Made by a program: the position numbers and the translations under genes | The notes under the pieces: model-generated | Told to the model about the DNA's origin: nothing | The model's input: the letters and a program-made list of their open reading frames with translations, nothing else | The model's database searches: none | Part shown: in pieces, positions 9,796-20,105 of the stretch | Position numbering within the stretch: the first letter of the stretch is position 1 | How the letters are laid out: the number at the start of each line of letters is the position of its first letter | Assembly (NCBI GenBank): GCA_018664825.1 | Contig: JABJNO010000017.1 | Span: forward strand, 163,011 to 227,010 | Length of the DNA: 64,000 bases | DNA from: Candidatus Parcubacteria bacterium | GTDB lineage: Bacteria; Patescibacteriota; Patescibacteriia; UBA1558; GWA2-36-10 | Reading direction: 5' to 3'

Positions 9796-11610
9796 TTAGA
9801 AAATAGTCAAGAATCCCATCAATAGAATCAACCCTAAAGTTGACAAAATAGTGTGAGGGTGTTGTTTCTTTATTTCAATAAAAATGTTGAGTAGCAATGC
9901 AAAAATTGCTAACACTAGTATAACTTTATAATAAATGGCACTAAAATCAAATAATGGCTTTATGTGCTCTGATTGATTATTTTTTAGGAATAAATATTGA
10001 TCCAAAGCTGAGTTATCCACAGGAGTAACTTCTTTCCAATCTATGTCTTGCATGGCAATATTTCCTGCCCTATCTTTGACACGAATAGTAGCCATAATTA
10101 TTGGATTCATCAGTTCATCATAGTCTTGATCATTGATAATGACATTACCTGACCATTTGTTTATATCTGTTGGATCTTGGTTCAATTTTATAATATTTCC
10201 TTTGAATATCACCTCTGCTTGACTGACATCTTCAGAAAGTAAAGCATCCGCCTTCATCACAATAGCCTCATCTCCAAGAGGACGACTTACCATAATATTG
10301 GTAACTTTACTATCAATGGTTGGGGCTATTGTATCAACTGTCAGGGTATAAGCACTAGAAGAGATAGTTTCCTCTCCATTGCTAGCATCTATCACAATAG
10401 TATGTAAACCTTCTCCCAAATCAAGAGAAACATTTACTGTATCTTTATTTACTGCTTTGGTAATTATTTCTTTATTATTATCAAAAACAGTAATCTGCGT
10501 AGCATTTGGTGCAGAAATATTCAATGAAACTAGATTATTTTTTAAAACTGATCTATCAATTGGGTCAAATAATGTCGGTACTGACAAAGGACTAACTACA
10601 GATTCTGCCAAAACCTCGATCTCTTCTTCCAAGATAGGCTCTAATTCTGGTATTTCTGGTAGACTTGGCTCTGTAGGTACTATATCTGGTGTAGGCTCTA
10701 CTATTGGCTCTACTTCTGGTATTTCTACTGGTTCTGGAGTTAGCGTAGGCTCCGGAGTTGGTGTAGGCTCTGGTGTAGCAGGTTCTGGTGTGGGTTCAGG
10801 AGCTTGATATGTCTTTTTGGTGCCAAAATACTGGGCAATCAATGTAGTATCATATTCTTTGTAGTTACCACTGACTGCTCCAACACCAATTTGGTCATAA
10901 TCTGTATCAATCATATTGGCGTAATGAACTGGACTACCTACCCAGGCATCCACAACATCTTCGGCACTAGAAAATCCAATAGCCAAGTTTTCACCAGCTA
11001 TCTTATAATCATAACCTCTGCCTGCAAGCCAGCTTTTCAAGCTTTTATTGTCTGGGCCAACATGAGCAAAATACTCATTGACCAACATATCTTGAGCTTT
11101 ATCGAGAGCTGCTGCCTGCAAAGTATTGTCAGTTTCTAAGGTATTTAATCCTAAATTAGTACGAATATTATTTGTTAGTTGGACTATTTTTTGACTTTGT
11201 TCAAACAAAACATCGGGAGTCAACCATGCTTGGACAGGAAAAGTAAATAAAAAGGCAACCAAGACCAACTTTATCACTACAGCTGAAGCTGCGTGAAAAG
11301 CTATACGATGCGGATGCAAGGCATGTGGTTTGTAATGGTTGCATTGATTGGGGATAAACAAACGTCTCAATATACCCGTACCTCTTGGATTGAAACCAGC
11401 TTTTACTTCTACACCATCTTCTATTTGGTCACAATCTGTATCAGGGTCTAGTGGGTTTGTTTTATAAACATGGACTTCTTGGTAGTCACCAAGCTGATCT
11501 CTATCTGTATCTGAATGGTTTGGATCGGTACCCAAAGCCTCTTCCTCATGGTCAAATAAACCATCAGCATCAGAGTCCAATATTTCTTTTTTTATCTCCT
11601 TTTTCCCCAT
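9796..11610 (-). CDS. CAP/SCP-domain membrane-anchored protein with N-terminal Ca-binding DxDxDG repeats and Ig-like domain
   Basis: DSDADGL/DTDRDQL/DTDCD repeats; KAQDMLVNEYFAH, GENLA, W..SP.HYANM CAP motifs; PE/PT linker; C-terminal TMs. Confidence 0.85.
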   Translation of the reverse strand: MGKKEIKKEILDSDADGLFDHEEEALGTDPNHSDTDRDQLGDYQEVHVYKTNPLDPDTDCDQIEDGVEVKAGFNPRGTGILRRLFIPNQCNHYKPHALHPHRIAFHAASAVVIKLVLVAFLFTFPVQAWLTPDVLFEQSQKIVQLTNNIRTNLGLNTLETDNTLQAAALDKAQDMLVNEYFAHVGPDNKSLKSWLAGRGYDYKIAGENLAIGFSSAEDVVDAWVGSPVHYANMIDTDYDQIGVGAVSGNYKEYDTTLIAQYFGTKKTYQAPEPTPEPATPEPTPTPEPTLTPEPVEIPEVEPIVEPTPDIVPTEPSLPEIPELEPILEEEIEVLAESVVSPLSVPTLFDPIDRSVLKNNLVSLNISAPNATQITVFDNNKEIITKAVNKDTVNVSLDLGEGLHTIVIDASNGEETISSSAYTLTVDTIAPTIDSKVTNIMVSRPLGDEAIVMKADALLSEDVSQAEVIFKGNIIKLNQDPTDINKWSGNVIINDQDYDELMNPIIMATIRVKDRAGNIAMQDIDWKEVTPVDNSALDQYLFLKNNQSEHIKPLFDFSAIYYKVILVLAIFALLLNIFIEIKKQHPHTILSTLGLILLMGFLTIF

Positions 11611-11670
11611 ATTTTAAGGATATTTAATAAATTATATTATTATATCAAATTTATGACATTTTGTCAATAT

Positions 11671-12069
11671 CTAGTCAATTAGCTCCAACTGAGAACAATC
11701 AACTTCAATAATACTACCTTTACCAAGGCTTTCATCTACCACTGTGACTTTTGCTTTAGGATAATTAATTTCCATTACTATTACTGTTGCGACTTTCTGT
11801 ACATTTTCCGGTACATCTTGGACTCTTGATTCATCGATCAATGGATAATGCACTACGTCCCCCTCTTTGTAAGGTAATATGCATTCTCCTAAATACTTCT
11901 TTAGAAAACTTATATTTAAGGTAATAGACTCTTGAAGCGTTTTGGATGTATTAAAATCCCAGGTACCCACTACATCAATCAAGGCATCATTGAGTTCTCC
12001 TATCCTAAGATTAGCCTTGTCCAGTCTTCGGTTCAACTCTATACATTTTTCTGTTTTTGTAGCCGGCAT
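11671..12069 (-). CDS. Hypothetical protein, dispersed member of the 60.5-64 kb paralog family
   Basis: N-terminal KCIEL helix, TWDF, YKEGD and SH3-like C-terminus. Confidence 0.6.
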   Translation of the reverse strand: MPATKTEKCIELNRRLDKANLRIGELNDALIDVVGTWDFNTSKTLQESITLNISFLKKYLGECILPYKEGDVVHYPLIDESRVQDVPENVQKVATVIVMEINYPKAKVTVVDESLGKGSIIEVDCSQLELID

Positions 12070-12151
12070 ATATTTATTTAATTATAGCATAAAGTCAAAC
12101 AAAAAAACTACCCAGGTGGATAGTTTTTTTGAAACTTATTTTAGTTTTAAT

Positions 12152-13498
12152 TTAGAATAAATCTAAAATATCATTTGTTACATTATAGATTCTTTCTCCA
12201 ATATAGTTTAGTAATTCTGAAAAACTAGTAACATGACGTTTTTCTTGATTTTCAATACGGTAAACTTCTGGTCCACAGCCACGCAATAGTGTGCCGTCTT
12301 CCCAGTCAGTTTTTCCTAAAACATCTTCATCAGGAGTAGAATAAGTACAAACTTCTTCTTTTTCTCCCAAAACCTTAGGTTCTGGATCTTCAATAGAAAT
12401 CTTTTTACCTAATACTACACCACATGATTCAGCACTTGGAGTAGTAAAACTATAGTTATAGTCATTTTTACTTGCTCCTGCAATAGCCTTTGTTTTTACC
12501 ATGTAGTTGTAAGTAGTGTCATATGGTAAGCCAAATAGTGAGAAATTATGAGCTGAACTAAAGTCTTCGCTTGCAAATTCATCACCATAACCAGTAGTTT
12601 GACCATAAACAATCCAGGTAAGTGAGTCTTTTGAGGTTTCCCAAGTAAGATCTACTTGCTCACAACTTATTTCAGAACTAAGTTTTGAAACATCTGGAGC
12701 AGAAACTCCACCGCCACTCATATTGGCTGTTTCAACTGGAGTTGGATCACATACAAATTCACTAGCACACCAAGCATTGTCTTGGTTGTTTGAAGCATAC
12801 AATGTGACATCAACTAAATTGTGGATACCATCACCATTTACGTCAAAGGTGTCTGCACACTCTGCAAGCATGACTACATCAGTCAAATTACGAACGTTAT
12901 CACCATTGTGATCACAGATGTCCAAAGTATTTACTACGTCAGTAGTTTCTACTTCTGTTGCTGGGTCACACACAAATTCACTTGCACACCAAGCATTGTC
13001 TTGGTTCTTTGAAGCATACAATGTGACATCAACTAAATCATGATATCCATTGCCATCTACATCAAAAGTGCTTGTACAACCTGCAAACATGGCTACATCA
13101 GTCAAATTACGGATGTTGTCACCATTGTGATCGCAGATGTTTAAAGTTGGATTAACTATTGTCAATCCTTCCAGTGTACTTTCAGGTGCTTCCTCAGGAA
13201 CTACCGTAGGATTACACACAAATTCACTAGCACACCAAGCATTATTTTGGTTGTTTGAAGCATAGATTGCAACATCAGCTAAATCATGGATGTTGTCACC
13301 ATTTACGTCAAATGTATCAGTACAACCTGCAAAAATAGCTACATCGCTCAAATTACGAACGTTGTCACCATTGTGATCGCAGATAGCAAGAGTTGTCGGC
13401 GTTTCTACAGAATCAGTAGAAAGATCAGCAGCTTTTACTGCTAATGCGCTAAAACTAGCTAAAATAACTAGAACAGCAACTAATTGTTTTTTAAACAT
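12152..13498 (-). CDS. Secreted protein with three dockerin-like repeats, FN3-like domain and DGTLLR C-terminal domain
   Basis: Signal peptide; 3x CDHNGDNxRNLxDV...FDVNGDxxHxLxDVxxYASxNQxNAWCASEFVC. Confidence 0.85.
   Translation of the reverse strand: MFKKQLVAVLVILASFSALAVKAADLSTDSVETPTTLAICDHNGDNVRNLSDVAIFAGCTDTFDVNGDNIHDLADVAIYASNNQNNAWCASEFVCNPTVVPEEAPESTLEGLTIVNPTLNICDHNGDNIRNLTDVAMFAGCTSTFDVDGNGYHDLVDVTLYASKNQDNAWCASEFVCDPATEVETTDVVNTLDICDHNGDNVRNLTDVVMLAECADTFDVNGDGIHNLVDVTLYASNNQDNAWCASEFVCDPTPVETANMSGGGVSAPDVSKLSSEISCEQVDLTWETSKDSLTWIVYGQTTGYGDEFASEDFSSAHNFSLFGLPYDTTYNYMVKTKAIAGASKNDYNYSFTTPSAESCGVVLGKKISIEDPEPKVLGEKEEVCTYSTPDEDVLGKTDWEDGTLLRGCGPEVYRIENQEKRHVTSFSELLNYIGERIYNVTNDILDLF
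12745..13385 (-). repeat. Three ~170-bp intragenic direct repeats (dockerin-like modules)
   Basis: cacaaattcactagcacaccaagcatt...ccattgtgatc recurs near 12750, 12970 and 13215. Confidence 0.85.
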
Positions 13499-13612
13499 TT
13501 CTTTTCTATTAGTTAATTAAAATATATAAAATCACATATATACCTAGAGGACTATACTATACTTTATAAAAAATGTCAATAGCCAGGGGGTGCTCCTAGA
13601 ATAACTATATTC

Positions 13613-13752
13613 TTGACAAAAACAATATAAAATAGCAAAATAAGCCCAGCGTTCTGTTGTTGACTCTGGTAGAATCCTCTGAACGCGGGAATGGCTACCT
13701 TAGTACTTTCACCGACGAGATTTAATGGCTTGTCGAGAATGAAGGGTATTTT
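13613..13752 (+). promoter_or_regulatory. Sigma70-like promoter plus structured ~110-nt 5' leader
   Basis: TTGACA-17-CAAAAT; hairpins cccagcgttc/gaacgcggg and tactttca-cgacgag/cttgtcg-tgaagggta. Confidence 0.45.
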
Positions 13753-13754
13753 TC

Positions 13755-14615
13755 ATGAAAGTTCATTTTGACGAACCGATGTCCAAAAAGAGCATCGTAA
13801 TCCTTTTTGGCACACTAGCTTTATTTTGTTGGCTATTGAGCCTAACTATTCCTCGAATCTCCAGAGAACATATCGAAGTTATAATTGTTCTCATCGTAGA
13901 AGTTTTTGTTATCATTTGCTGCTTGGGACTCGTTGGTTCTGAATGGTTCCCTCGAAACTTTAAACCCAGCTACATTTGGTATTGGACACAAAACTACAAT
14001 GGCACACGAAGAAATGTCGTTGGACACAACAGCTTGGATGGCGAAGACATCACCAAAACTCCAATATGCTTCCAAGTAAAGACTTCTGGTTGGTTTGCTA
14101 AAAACCAAGTCTTGATCAATGGTCATCTTGGTAAAAATTGGAAAATCGAGGTTTTGAAGCAACCTCGCTACTCTGAGGGACACAAGCTGATTTTGATCGA
14201 CAAAGATAACCGCCCTCTCTGTGTTGATGGTCATTCCTTTGATGCTATCGAATACCTATTTTGGGTGATTGAACACTTTGCTGATTTGACCGAGTACTGG
14301 AGTCATATGTACGAAATCGATTACCAGCATCGTGATCTAATCTACGCTATGACTGTCCTCGAAGAAGCTGGTACCGTCCATGGTACTCTGGGCAATGTCT
14401 GGCAAGCCAAAGTTGTACATGATTTTGCTGCTCACGAGCTCGACCGAATCATTCCCAAGCTATTCCAAGATGAAGCCTTACTGACCACTGATGATGGCCT
14501 CTCTTGCAAGCGTAGTGCCTTGGGAGCTGTTCTTTTGAGAACTATTGGCCGACCAAAATTCGTGCCAGTCACACCTGTCATTAGGCAATTCAAAGATTCG
14601 CCTGAAATGGCATAA
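13755..14615 (+). CDS. Hypothetical membrane protein (2 N-terminal TMs)
   Basis: 286-aa ORF with its own promoter and terminator (14621-14650). Confidence 0.7.
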   Translation: MKVHFDEPMSKKSIVILFGTLALFCWLLSLTIPRISREHIEVIIVLIVEVFVIICCLGLVGSEWFPRNFKPSYIWYWTQNYNGTRRNVVGHNSLDGEDITKTPICFQVKTSGWFAKNQVLINGHLGKNWKIEVLKQPRYSEGHKLILIDKDNRPLCVDGHSFDAIEYLFWVIEHFADLTEYWSHMYEIDYQHRDLIYAMTVLEEAGTVHGTLGNVWQAKVVHDFAAHELDRIIPKLFQDEALLTTDDGLSCKRSALGAVLLRTIGRPKFVPVTPVIRQFKDSPEMA

Positions 14616-14664
14616 AAAACAACCCCCGTATGAAAATACGGGGGTCTTTATTTTAATTTATTTT

Positions 14665-15663
14665 TTATTTACAATTATTTTTGTTGGCTAGTTGACCACA
14701 GGCTGCATCTATATCAGCCCCAAAACTATAACGTTGAGTCACACCGACTCCTTCTTGTTCCAATATAGTCTTGAAATCTTCAATAGCTTTTTTGTCCGTT
14801 GGCTTGAATACATCCGTGGGATTGTAAGCAATCAAGTTGACCATATAGAGTGGTTTTTTCATCAACCCGGCTAGCTGGGATGCTTGAGCTGGACTATCAT
14901 TGACTCCTTTGATCATTAAATACTCAAACATTACTCTGCGACCTGTTTTGACAATATATTTATCTACGCTTTTTAGCAAATCACGTAAAGGAAATTTTTT
15001 GTTGATAGGCATCAATTCGCTACGCAGTTTATCATTTGGGGCATGCAGAGATACAGCTAGATTGATTTGCATCTTTTCATTGGACAATCTTTCTATACCC
15101 TTGATCACTCCGCTGGTAGAAACTGAAATATGCCTAGCCCCAATACCTAGATCTTCATTGATATATCCAATAGCCTTGAGAGTGTGGTCATAATTGAGAA
15201 ATGGCTCTCCCATTCCCATAAATACTACATTGGATACTCTTTTATCTTCTTCATGAAGCATTCTAGAAAAAAACAGTACCTGTTCTAACATCTCCTCTAC
15301 TTCTAAATTTCTTTTGAGTCCCATCTTGCCGGTAGCACAAAAAGTACAGGCCAATGGACAACCTACTTGAGTAGAGACACAGACGGTATGTCGTCCATCT
15401 TTGTGTGCTAGCATGACACTTTCAATCTGCAAACCATCGCTCAAAGTAATCAAAACCTTGGTAGTTTTGGCATCTCGAGAAGCAAAAATCATAGCATCTA
15501 TCTCTAGCGGGCATTCTTTGTTTAGCTTTTCTTTGAGGTCTTTGGAAATATTTGAAACTTCGTCCCAATTACCAGCCAATCTTTTGAATATACCATCTTT
15601 GGCTTGTTGGATACGATATTTTGGTTGACCTTCTAGTGTTTTATATAGTTTTTCTAAATTCAT
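14665..15663 (-). CDS. rlmN: 23S rRNA/tRNA m2A methyltransferase (radical SAM)
   Basis: CVSTQVGCPLACTFCATG, FMGMGEP, SLHAP, DIDAACGQL. Confidence 0.96.
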   Translation of the reverse strand: MNLEKLYKTLEGQPKYRIQQAKDGIFKRLAGNWDEVSNISKDLKEKLNKECPLEIDAMIFASRDAKTTKVLITLSDGLQIESVMLAHKDGRHTVCVSTQVGCPLACTFCATGKMGLKRNLEVEEMLEQVLFFSRMLHEEDKRVSNVVFMGMGEPFLNYDHTLKAIGYINEDLGIGARHISVSTSGVIKGIERLSNEKMQINLAVSLHAPNDKLRSELMPINKKFPLRDLLKSVDKYIVKTGRRVMFEYLMIKGVNDSPAQASQLAGLMKKPLYMVNLIAYNPTDVFKPTDKKAIEDFKTILEQEGVGVTQRYSFGADIDAACGQLANKNNCK

Positions 15664-16060
15664 TTATTTTATTATTTATTTCTTTGGGTCGAAAATCTAT
15701 ACTATCTAATTTATCCACATCTGTCCACTCTATTTTATAAGCTCCAATATAGCCTGAATCTTTTTGAAATTCTGGACCATCACCAGAACCAAGCTCACCA
15801 CCCACAATCTCAGCCAGATAAAAATACTCCATTTGTCCTTTTGTCTCTGCTTTTTGAGATTCCATTTGATGAAACAACTCTAATACTTTTACATCTAATC
15901 CTAGTTCTTCTTTGCATTCACGAATCAAGGCTTGTTCATTTGTTTCTTCTTTTTCTATCATACCACCCGGACAACACCAAAAAATTTCTTTCGGCTTTGT
16001 CCTTTTCATAGATAAAATCTTATTATCCTTGATAATTATCGCTCTAGCTCTAGAAGGCAT
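15641..16060 (-). CDS. NUDIX hydrolase
   Basis: Nudix box GGMIEKEETNEQALIRECKEELG. Confidence 0.9.
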   Translation of the reverse strand: MPSRARAIIIKDNKILSMKRTKPKEIFWCCPGGMIEKEETNEQALIRECKEELGLDVKVLELFHQMESQKAETKGQMEYFYLAEIVGGELGSGDGPEFQKDSGYIGAYKIEWTDVDKLDSIDFRPKEINNKINEFRKTI

Positions 16061-16071
16061 TGTTTTTTATA

Positions 16072-16530
16072 TTATGGTTTCAAAAATAACTGATCAGCTG
16101 TCACCCAGTCGGCTACTGGATTGGCATCACAGGCCATGGCCTCGTATTGGACATTTTCTCCTGTGATTGGGTTGCCACCGCGGTCATATGACCAAACTAC
16201 CGATTCTGTGATTGTACCAGCTCCTGCTCGACAGCCACCATTTGTACTGTATGGACAAGTTGTTTTGTTGTAAGTACCAGCTCCTTGGCAATTGAGCTTC
16301 ATCTGTTCGTCAGTCCAAAAACTACCAATATAATCTAGACAATGACTAGCAGAAGCAATAGTATCGCAACTACCACGTACTTTGTACTCATCTTCAACTT
16401 CTTCTAGTAGATCCTCTACCACCTCTATACCCTCGTCTATTTCTTCCTGGCTTAGTTCTTCGCCTTTTTTACCACACCCCGCTCCCATGATCAATGGGAT
16501 GATTAATAAAAGTAATAATGTTTTTTTCAT
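16072..16530 (-). CDS. Cys-rich lipoprotein
   Basis: Lipobox IMGAGC and multiple Cys. Confidence 0.75.
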   Translation of the reverse strand: MKKTLLLLLIIPLIMGAGCGKKGEELSQEEIDEGIEVVEDLLEEVEDEYKVRGSCDTIASASHCLDYIGSFWTDEQMKLNCQGAGTYNKTTCPYSTNGGCRAGAGTITESVVWSYDRGGNPITGENVQYEAMACDANPVADWVTADQLFLKP

Positions 16531-16637
16531 ATGATTGATTTAAATAATTTTATAAGTTTATTGTATCAAAAAGCCCTAGTATTTACTAGAACTTAAAATA
16601 AAAAAGAGGGTAAGTATAAACTTACCCTCTTCGCGAT

Positions 16638-16799
16638 CTAGCAGTCGTCATAGTCAGCGCAATCGCAATCATCTTGCCCACAATCACCATCGCAATCACT
16701 GGGCATAGGACTATTGCTCTGCAAACGCTCTGACTGAAGAGCTTCCTGTGACACGGGAACAAATTCCCGGTCAACCAGACCGCTAATAATAGTATCCAT
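16638..16799 (-). CDS. Putative RiPP precursor peptide (53 aa) with Cys/Asp-rich core
   Basis: AAGGAGGT SD right after the rSAM stop; MDTIISG...SDCDGDCGQDDCDCADYDDC; terminator at 16604-16631. Confidence 0.75.
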   Translation of the reverse strand: MDTIISGLVDREFVPVSQEALQSERLQSNSPMPSDCDGDCGQDDCDCADYDDC

Positions 16800-16813
16800 C
16801 TGACACCTCCTTA

Positions 16814-17833
16814 CTAGGCAACGCCTCGAATATGGTCCTGTGCGCTTCTCGAAAACCAAATCAGATTACACCCACCAAAGCAGGTGTTCCACAGTTTACA
16901 ATCAACGCACTTTTCACTCGGTGCATGAGTACGAAGAACAGTTCTGTCGCACTCTTTTTTGGCTAGAAAATTCTCAATAGCCTCGGGCTCATTGAGGTTG
17001 CCGTAGCTCAAACCAGCCATATGTGTACAAGGCAATAAATTGCCCTCCGGATCAACTGTTACTGCACGAGCAAACAAAGCGCAGGAAACAATGAGTCGCC
17101 TAAGCTCTATCAATTCGCGTAGTTTGTCCTGATCAAATAAACACAGTGGCACCAAAGCGTAGAAACTGACAAAGTCATAGGCAAGACCAATGTCTTCCAC
17201 CAAGCTAACATAATCCTGCAAATCAACAATGCCTGCGTCTTCGCCTTCTTCAAAACCACTTGGCTGAGATGAGCACATATTGAAAGCTGAGCGCTTCAAG
17301 CCGAATTCTTGAAAAAAATTCACCAAATCTGGTATGTTTTCCAGATTATAAGAACCAACCGTGGTTATTGAGTTGATTGGAATATCTTCCAACTGACAAT
17401 TTTCCAAACCACGAATAGCTTGAGAAAAAGATCCTTCTCTCATAGTGATGTTGTCATGAACTGCTTCTGTGCCTTCGATAGAAATCGAACAGTTTTGTAT
17501 GCCCGCTGCCTTGAGATCTTGCACAAAACTACGTTGAGCAAAACGACGACCGTTGGACATCATTTTTACTCGAATACCAAGGTTTGCGGCATACTCTACT
17601 ACTTGTAAAATGTGGGGATAAATACTAGGTTCCCCACCAACCAAAATACAAGTCCTGGCACCAGCATCAAACATTTGTTTGATGTATCTCTTGGCATCAA
17701 CCAATGTCATATCTATGCTATGACACAACTTACTGCCAGCATAGCACCACCGACAACGATTATTGCATTTGTAAGAGGGCGCAAGCCAGAATCCAAAAAT
17801 GCCCTTTTTATGGGCGTTTGTTAATTGTTTCAT
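16814..17833 (-). CDS. Radical SAM enzyme with SPASM domain (peptide maturase-like)
   Basis: CNNRCRWC, GGEP, SPASM Cys set C..GNLLPC..CVDCKLWNTCFGGC. Confidence 0.9.
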   Translation of the reverse strand: MKQLTNAHKKGIFGFWLAPSYKCNNRCRWCYAGSKLCHSIDMTLVDAKRYIKQMFDAGARTCILVGGEPSIYPHILQVVEYAANLGIRVKMMSNGRRFAQRSFVQDLKAAGIQNCSISIEGTEAVHDNITMREGSFSQAIRGLENCQLEDIPINSITTVGSYNLENIPDLVNFFQEFGLKRSAFNMCSSQPSGFEEGEDAGIVDLQDYVSLVEDIGLAYDFVSFYALVPLCLFDQDKLRELIELRRLIVSCALFARAVTVDPEGNLLPCTHMAGLSYGNLNEPEAIENFLAKKECDRTVLRTHAPSEKCVDCKLWNTCFGGCNLIWFSRSAQDHIRGVA

Positions 17834-18039
17834 GGTTTTGACTCCTTTTCAAGGTAGAAAGATAGACTGTTAATGAGCTATTATAATGTATTAATCTACA
17901 ACAATGTCCCAAAAGTGTCAATAATAATTGACATAAACAGTCAAAAATTATATAGTAATCTGTCAGGAGAATGTTCTTATAATTTAAAAGTGAGGTCCAA
18001 AAAAACGTAGTTAAATACTACAAACCTAGGAGTAAAATC

Positions 18040-18237
18040 ATGACAGACACTTGGTGCAAACAAGCTAATTGTAGCCATTGCGGTGGAAAAACTAAATGTA
18101 ACTGTTCAACTTGCGGAGGTAATCAACCAGGTACTTTTGACAGTAAACCTAATTGGTGTGCGGGTATTTGCAAAGTTTGCAAAGGTTCTGGCAAAGTGCC
18201 AAATCCTTACTACGATCCAAAGACAGGACAACAATGA
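18040..18237 (+). CDS. Small Cys-rich zinc-finger-like protein (65 aa)
   Basis: GGAG SD; CSHCGG, CNCSTC, CKVCKGSG; own promoter (TTGACA at 17928) and terminator (18242-18270). Confidence 0.7.
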   Translation: MTDTWCKQANCSHCGGKTKCNCSTCGGNQPGTFDSKPNWCAGICKVCKGSGKVPNPYYDPKTGQQ

Positions 18238-18355
18238 AAATAACCCCCATACAAAAGTATGGGGGTTTTATTATTGACAATATCTGTATATCATAATATA
18301 TTAAATTGTTCGAAAAAGTCCTTTTAAACCCAAACCTCTGAAAGGAGGTGAAATC

Positions 18356-19006
18356 ATGAAAGAATTCAAAGTTATCTCAATCTTGATGATTGTTGCTTTT
18401 GTCTGCTACTGGATCTGGCGTTGGTACAAACTTGTCACTTCTGAAACTTGGCAAGGTTACCTTGCTATATTTATCACTGTTGGTGTACTTGCTCTGGCCT
18501 ACTGGCTATTTGGAAAATGGAGTGAGTGGAGTTATGCTCAACAACAAGAAATAGCCAATCAAAGAAGTGCGCAACGAAAAGCAGAATATGAAAAAGGTCT
18601 CCAAGAAGACAGAGAGCTAGCGGCCAAGTATGACCCCAAGAAAGATCCTTATCTAATTCGTCTAAGGGCTCAACATAAAAAAATATATGATGAAATAGAC
18701 GAAGTACGCGTTTCTTGTGGGCAACCCACTCAAGCTGAAGAAGCTGCTCAAAAAGAAGCTGAGCGCATACGACAACGTGAAGCAAGGCTACAATTACTAC
18801 GCGATAACGAGGCTAAAGGGAGAGATGTTTGCTGGGTTTGTGAAACTATTGATCCCCGTAGATGTGACTACTACTCCTGCGATAATTGCATGAATTGCGA
18901 TAATGATTATTCGCAATATTGCAGCGATTGTCGTAGCTCAACATATTGCGGTGATCCAACTTGTAATGGTTATTGTTATATGTGTGATGACGATGATGAC
19001 GACTAA
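18356..19006 (+). CDS. Membrane protein with coiled coil and Cys-rich, Asp-tailed C-terminus
   Basis: AGGAGGT SD; 2 TMs; CWVC..CDNCMNC..CSDC..CYMCDDDDDD. Confidence 0.75.
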   Translation: MKEFKVISILMIVAFVCYWIWRWYKLVTSETWQGYLAIFITVGVLALAYWLFGKWSEWSYAQQQEIANQRSAQRKAEYEKGLQEDRELAAKYDPKKDPYLIRLRAQHKKIYDEIDEVRVSCGQPTQAEEAAQKEAERIRQREARLQLLRDNEAKGRDVCWVCETIDPRRCDYYSCDNCMNCDNDYSQYCSDCRSSTYCGDPTCNGYCYMCDDDDDD

Positions 19007-19107
19007 CAACCCCGTACTAAAGTATGGGGTTTTTATTTATTGACAAAACAATATCTAATAAGCTAAGTTTAATATTGTAAATAAGCTAATAAAATAACTT
19101 ATACCAT

Positions 19108-19695
19108 ATGAGAAATGCACGTAACTTACTATTAATAATAATTTTATCGGTGACCCTAAGTGGCTGTACACTTGGTTCTTCATGGCTTGATAATTTTTTT
19201 GGCCTTGGTCCAAATACGGGCACAGACCTTGTAGCAAGCAACGATGCTATTTTTGATTTGTTCCAAGATACTGATACACAGTATTCTGAGATCTTCAAAG
19301 ATAGTGGTGATGGTGATTTGAATGTTGGTGATACCAATACTTCTGCTGACGGAGAAGTGAGGTATGATTTAGAAGAAGGCCTAACTTTTGATCCTGTATA
19401 TACTGAAATAGGCAAAATGACTCCATCTGAACTCCATGGAAAAGAAGTATTGGAAATTCCTGTTTTGATGTTAGGCGACAATTTCTTCCCTTTCCCTGAC
19501 AAACAATTTGGTGATCAATATGATCCTGAACTGTGTGACCACAAACATCATCATGGAGTAACTGGATATACCTTGGATGGTAAAATCATACCCGAACCAG
19601 ATGATCCTTGTGGTTTTGACAACGCAACAAAAATAATGCGTGTAAGTGGTGACGAAATGATTGAATGGTTTCACAATCGCCCTCGTAACTTCTAA
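19108..19695 (+). CDS. Hypothetical lipoprotein
   Basis: Lipobox LSGC; 195 aa; terminator at 19704-19730. Confidence 0.7.
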   Translation: MRNARNLLLIIILSVTLSGCTLGSSWLDNFFGLGPNTGTDLVASNDAIFDLFQDTDTQYSEIFKDSGDGDLNVGDTNTSADGEVRYDLEEGLTFDPVYTEIGKMTPSELHGKEVLEIPVLMLGDNFFPFPDKQFGDQYDPELCDHKHHHGVTGYTLDGKIIPEPDDPCGFDNATKIMRVSGDEMIEWFHNRPRNF

Positions 19696-19759
19696 AAAAC
19701 TTAAAGCAGGTCATTAGGCCTGCTTTTTTGTATTAAAAAAACACCCCATTGGGGTGAAA

Positions 19760-20088
<329 letters not shown>

Positions 20089-20105
20089 TATTTTATCGTC
20101 TCATG

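Noticed and set aside
10670-10805. PEPTP low-complexity repeats
   Set aside because: Ordinary Pro/Thr/Glu linker within the CAP protein.
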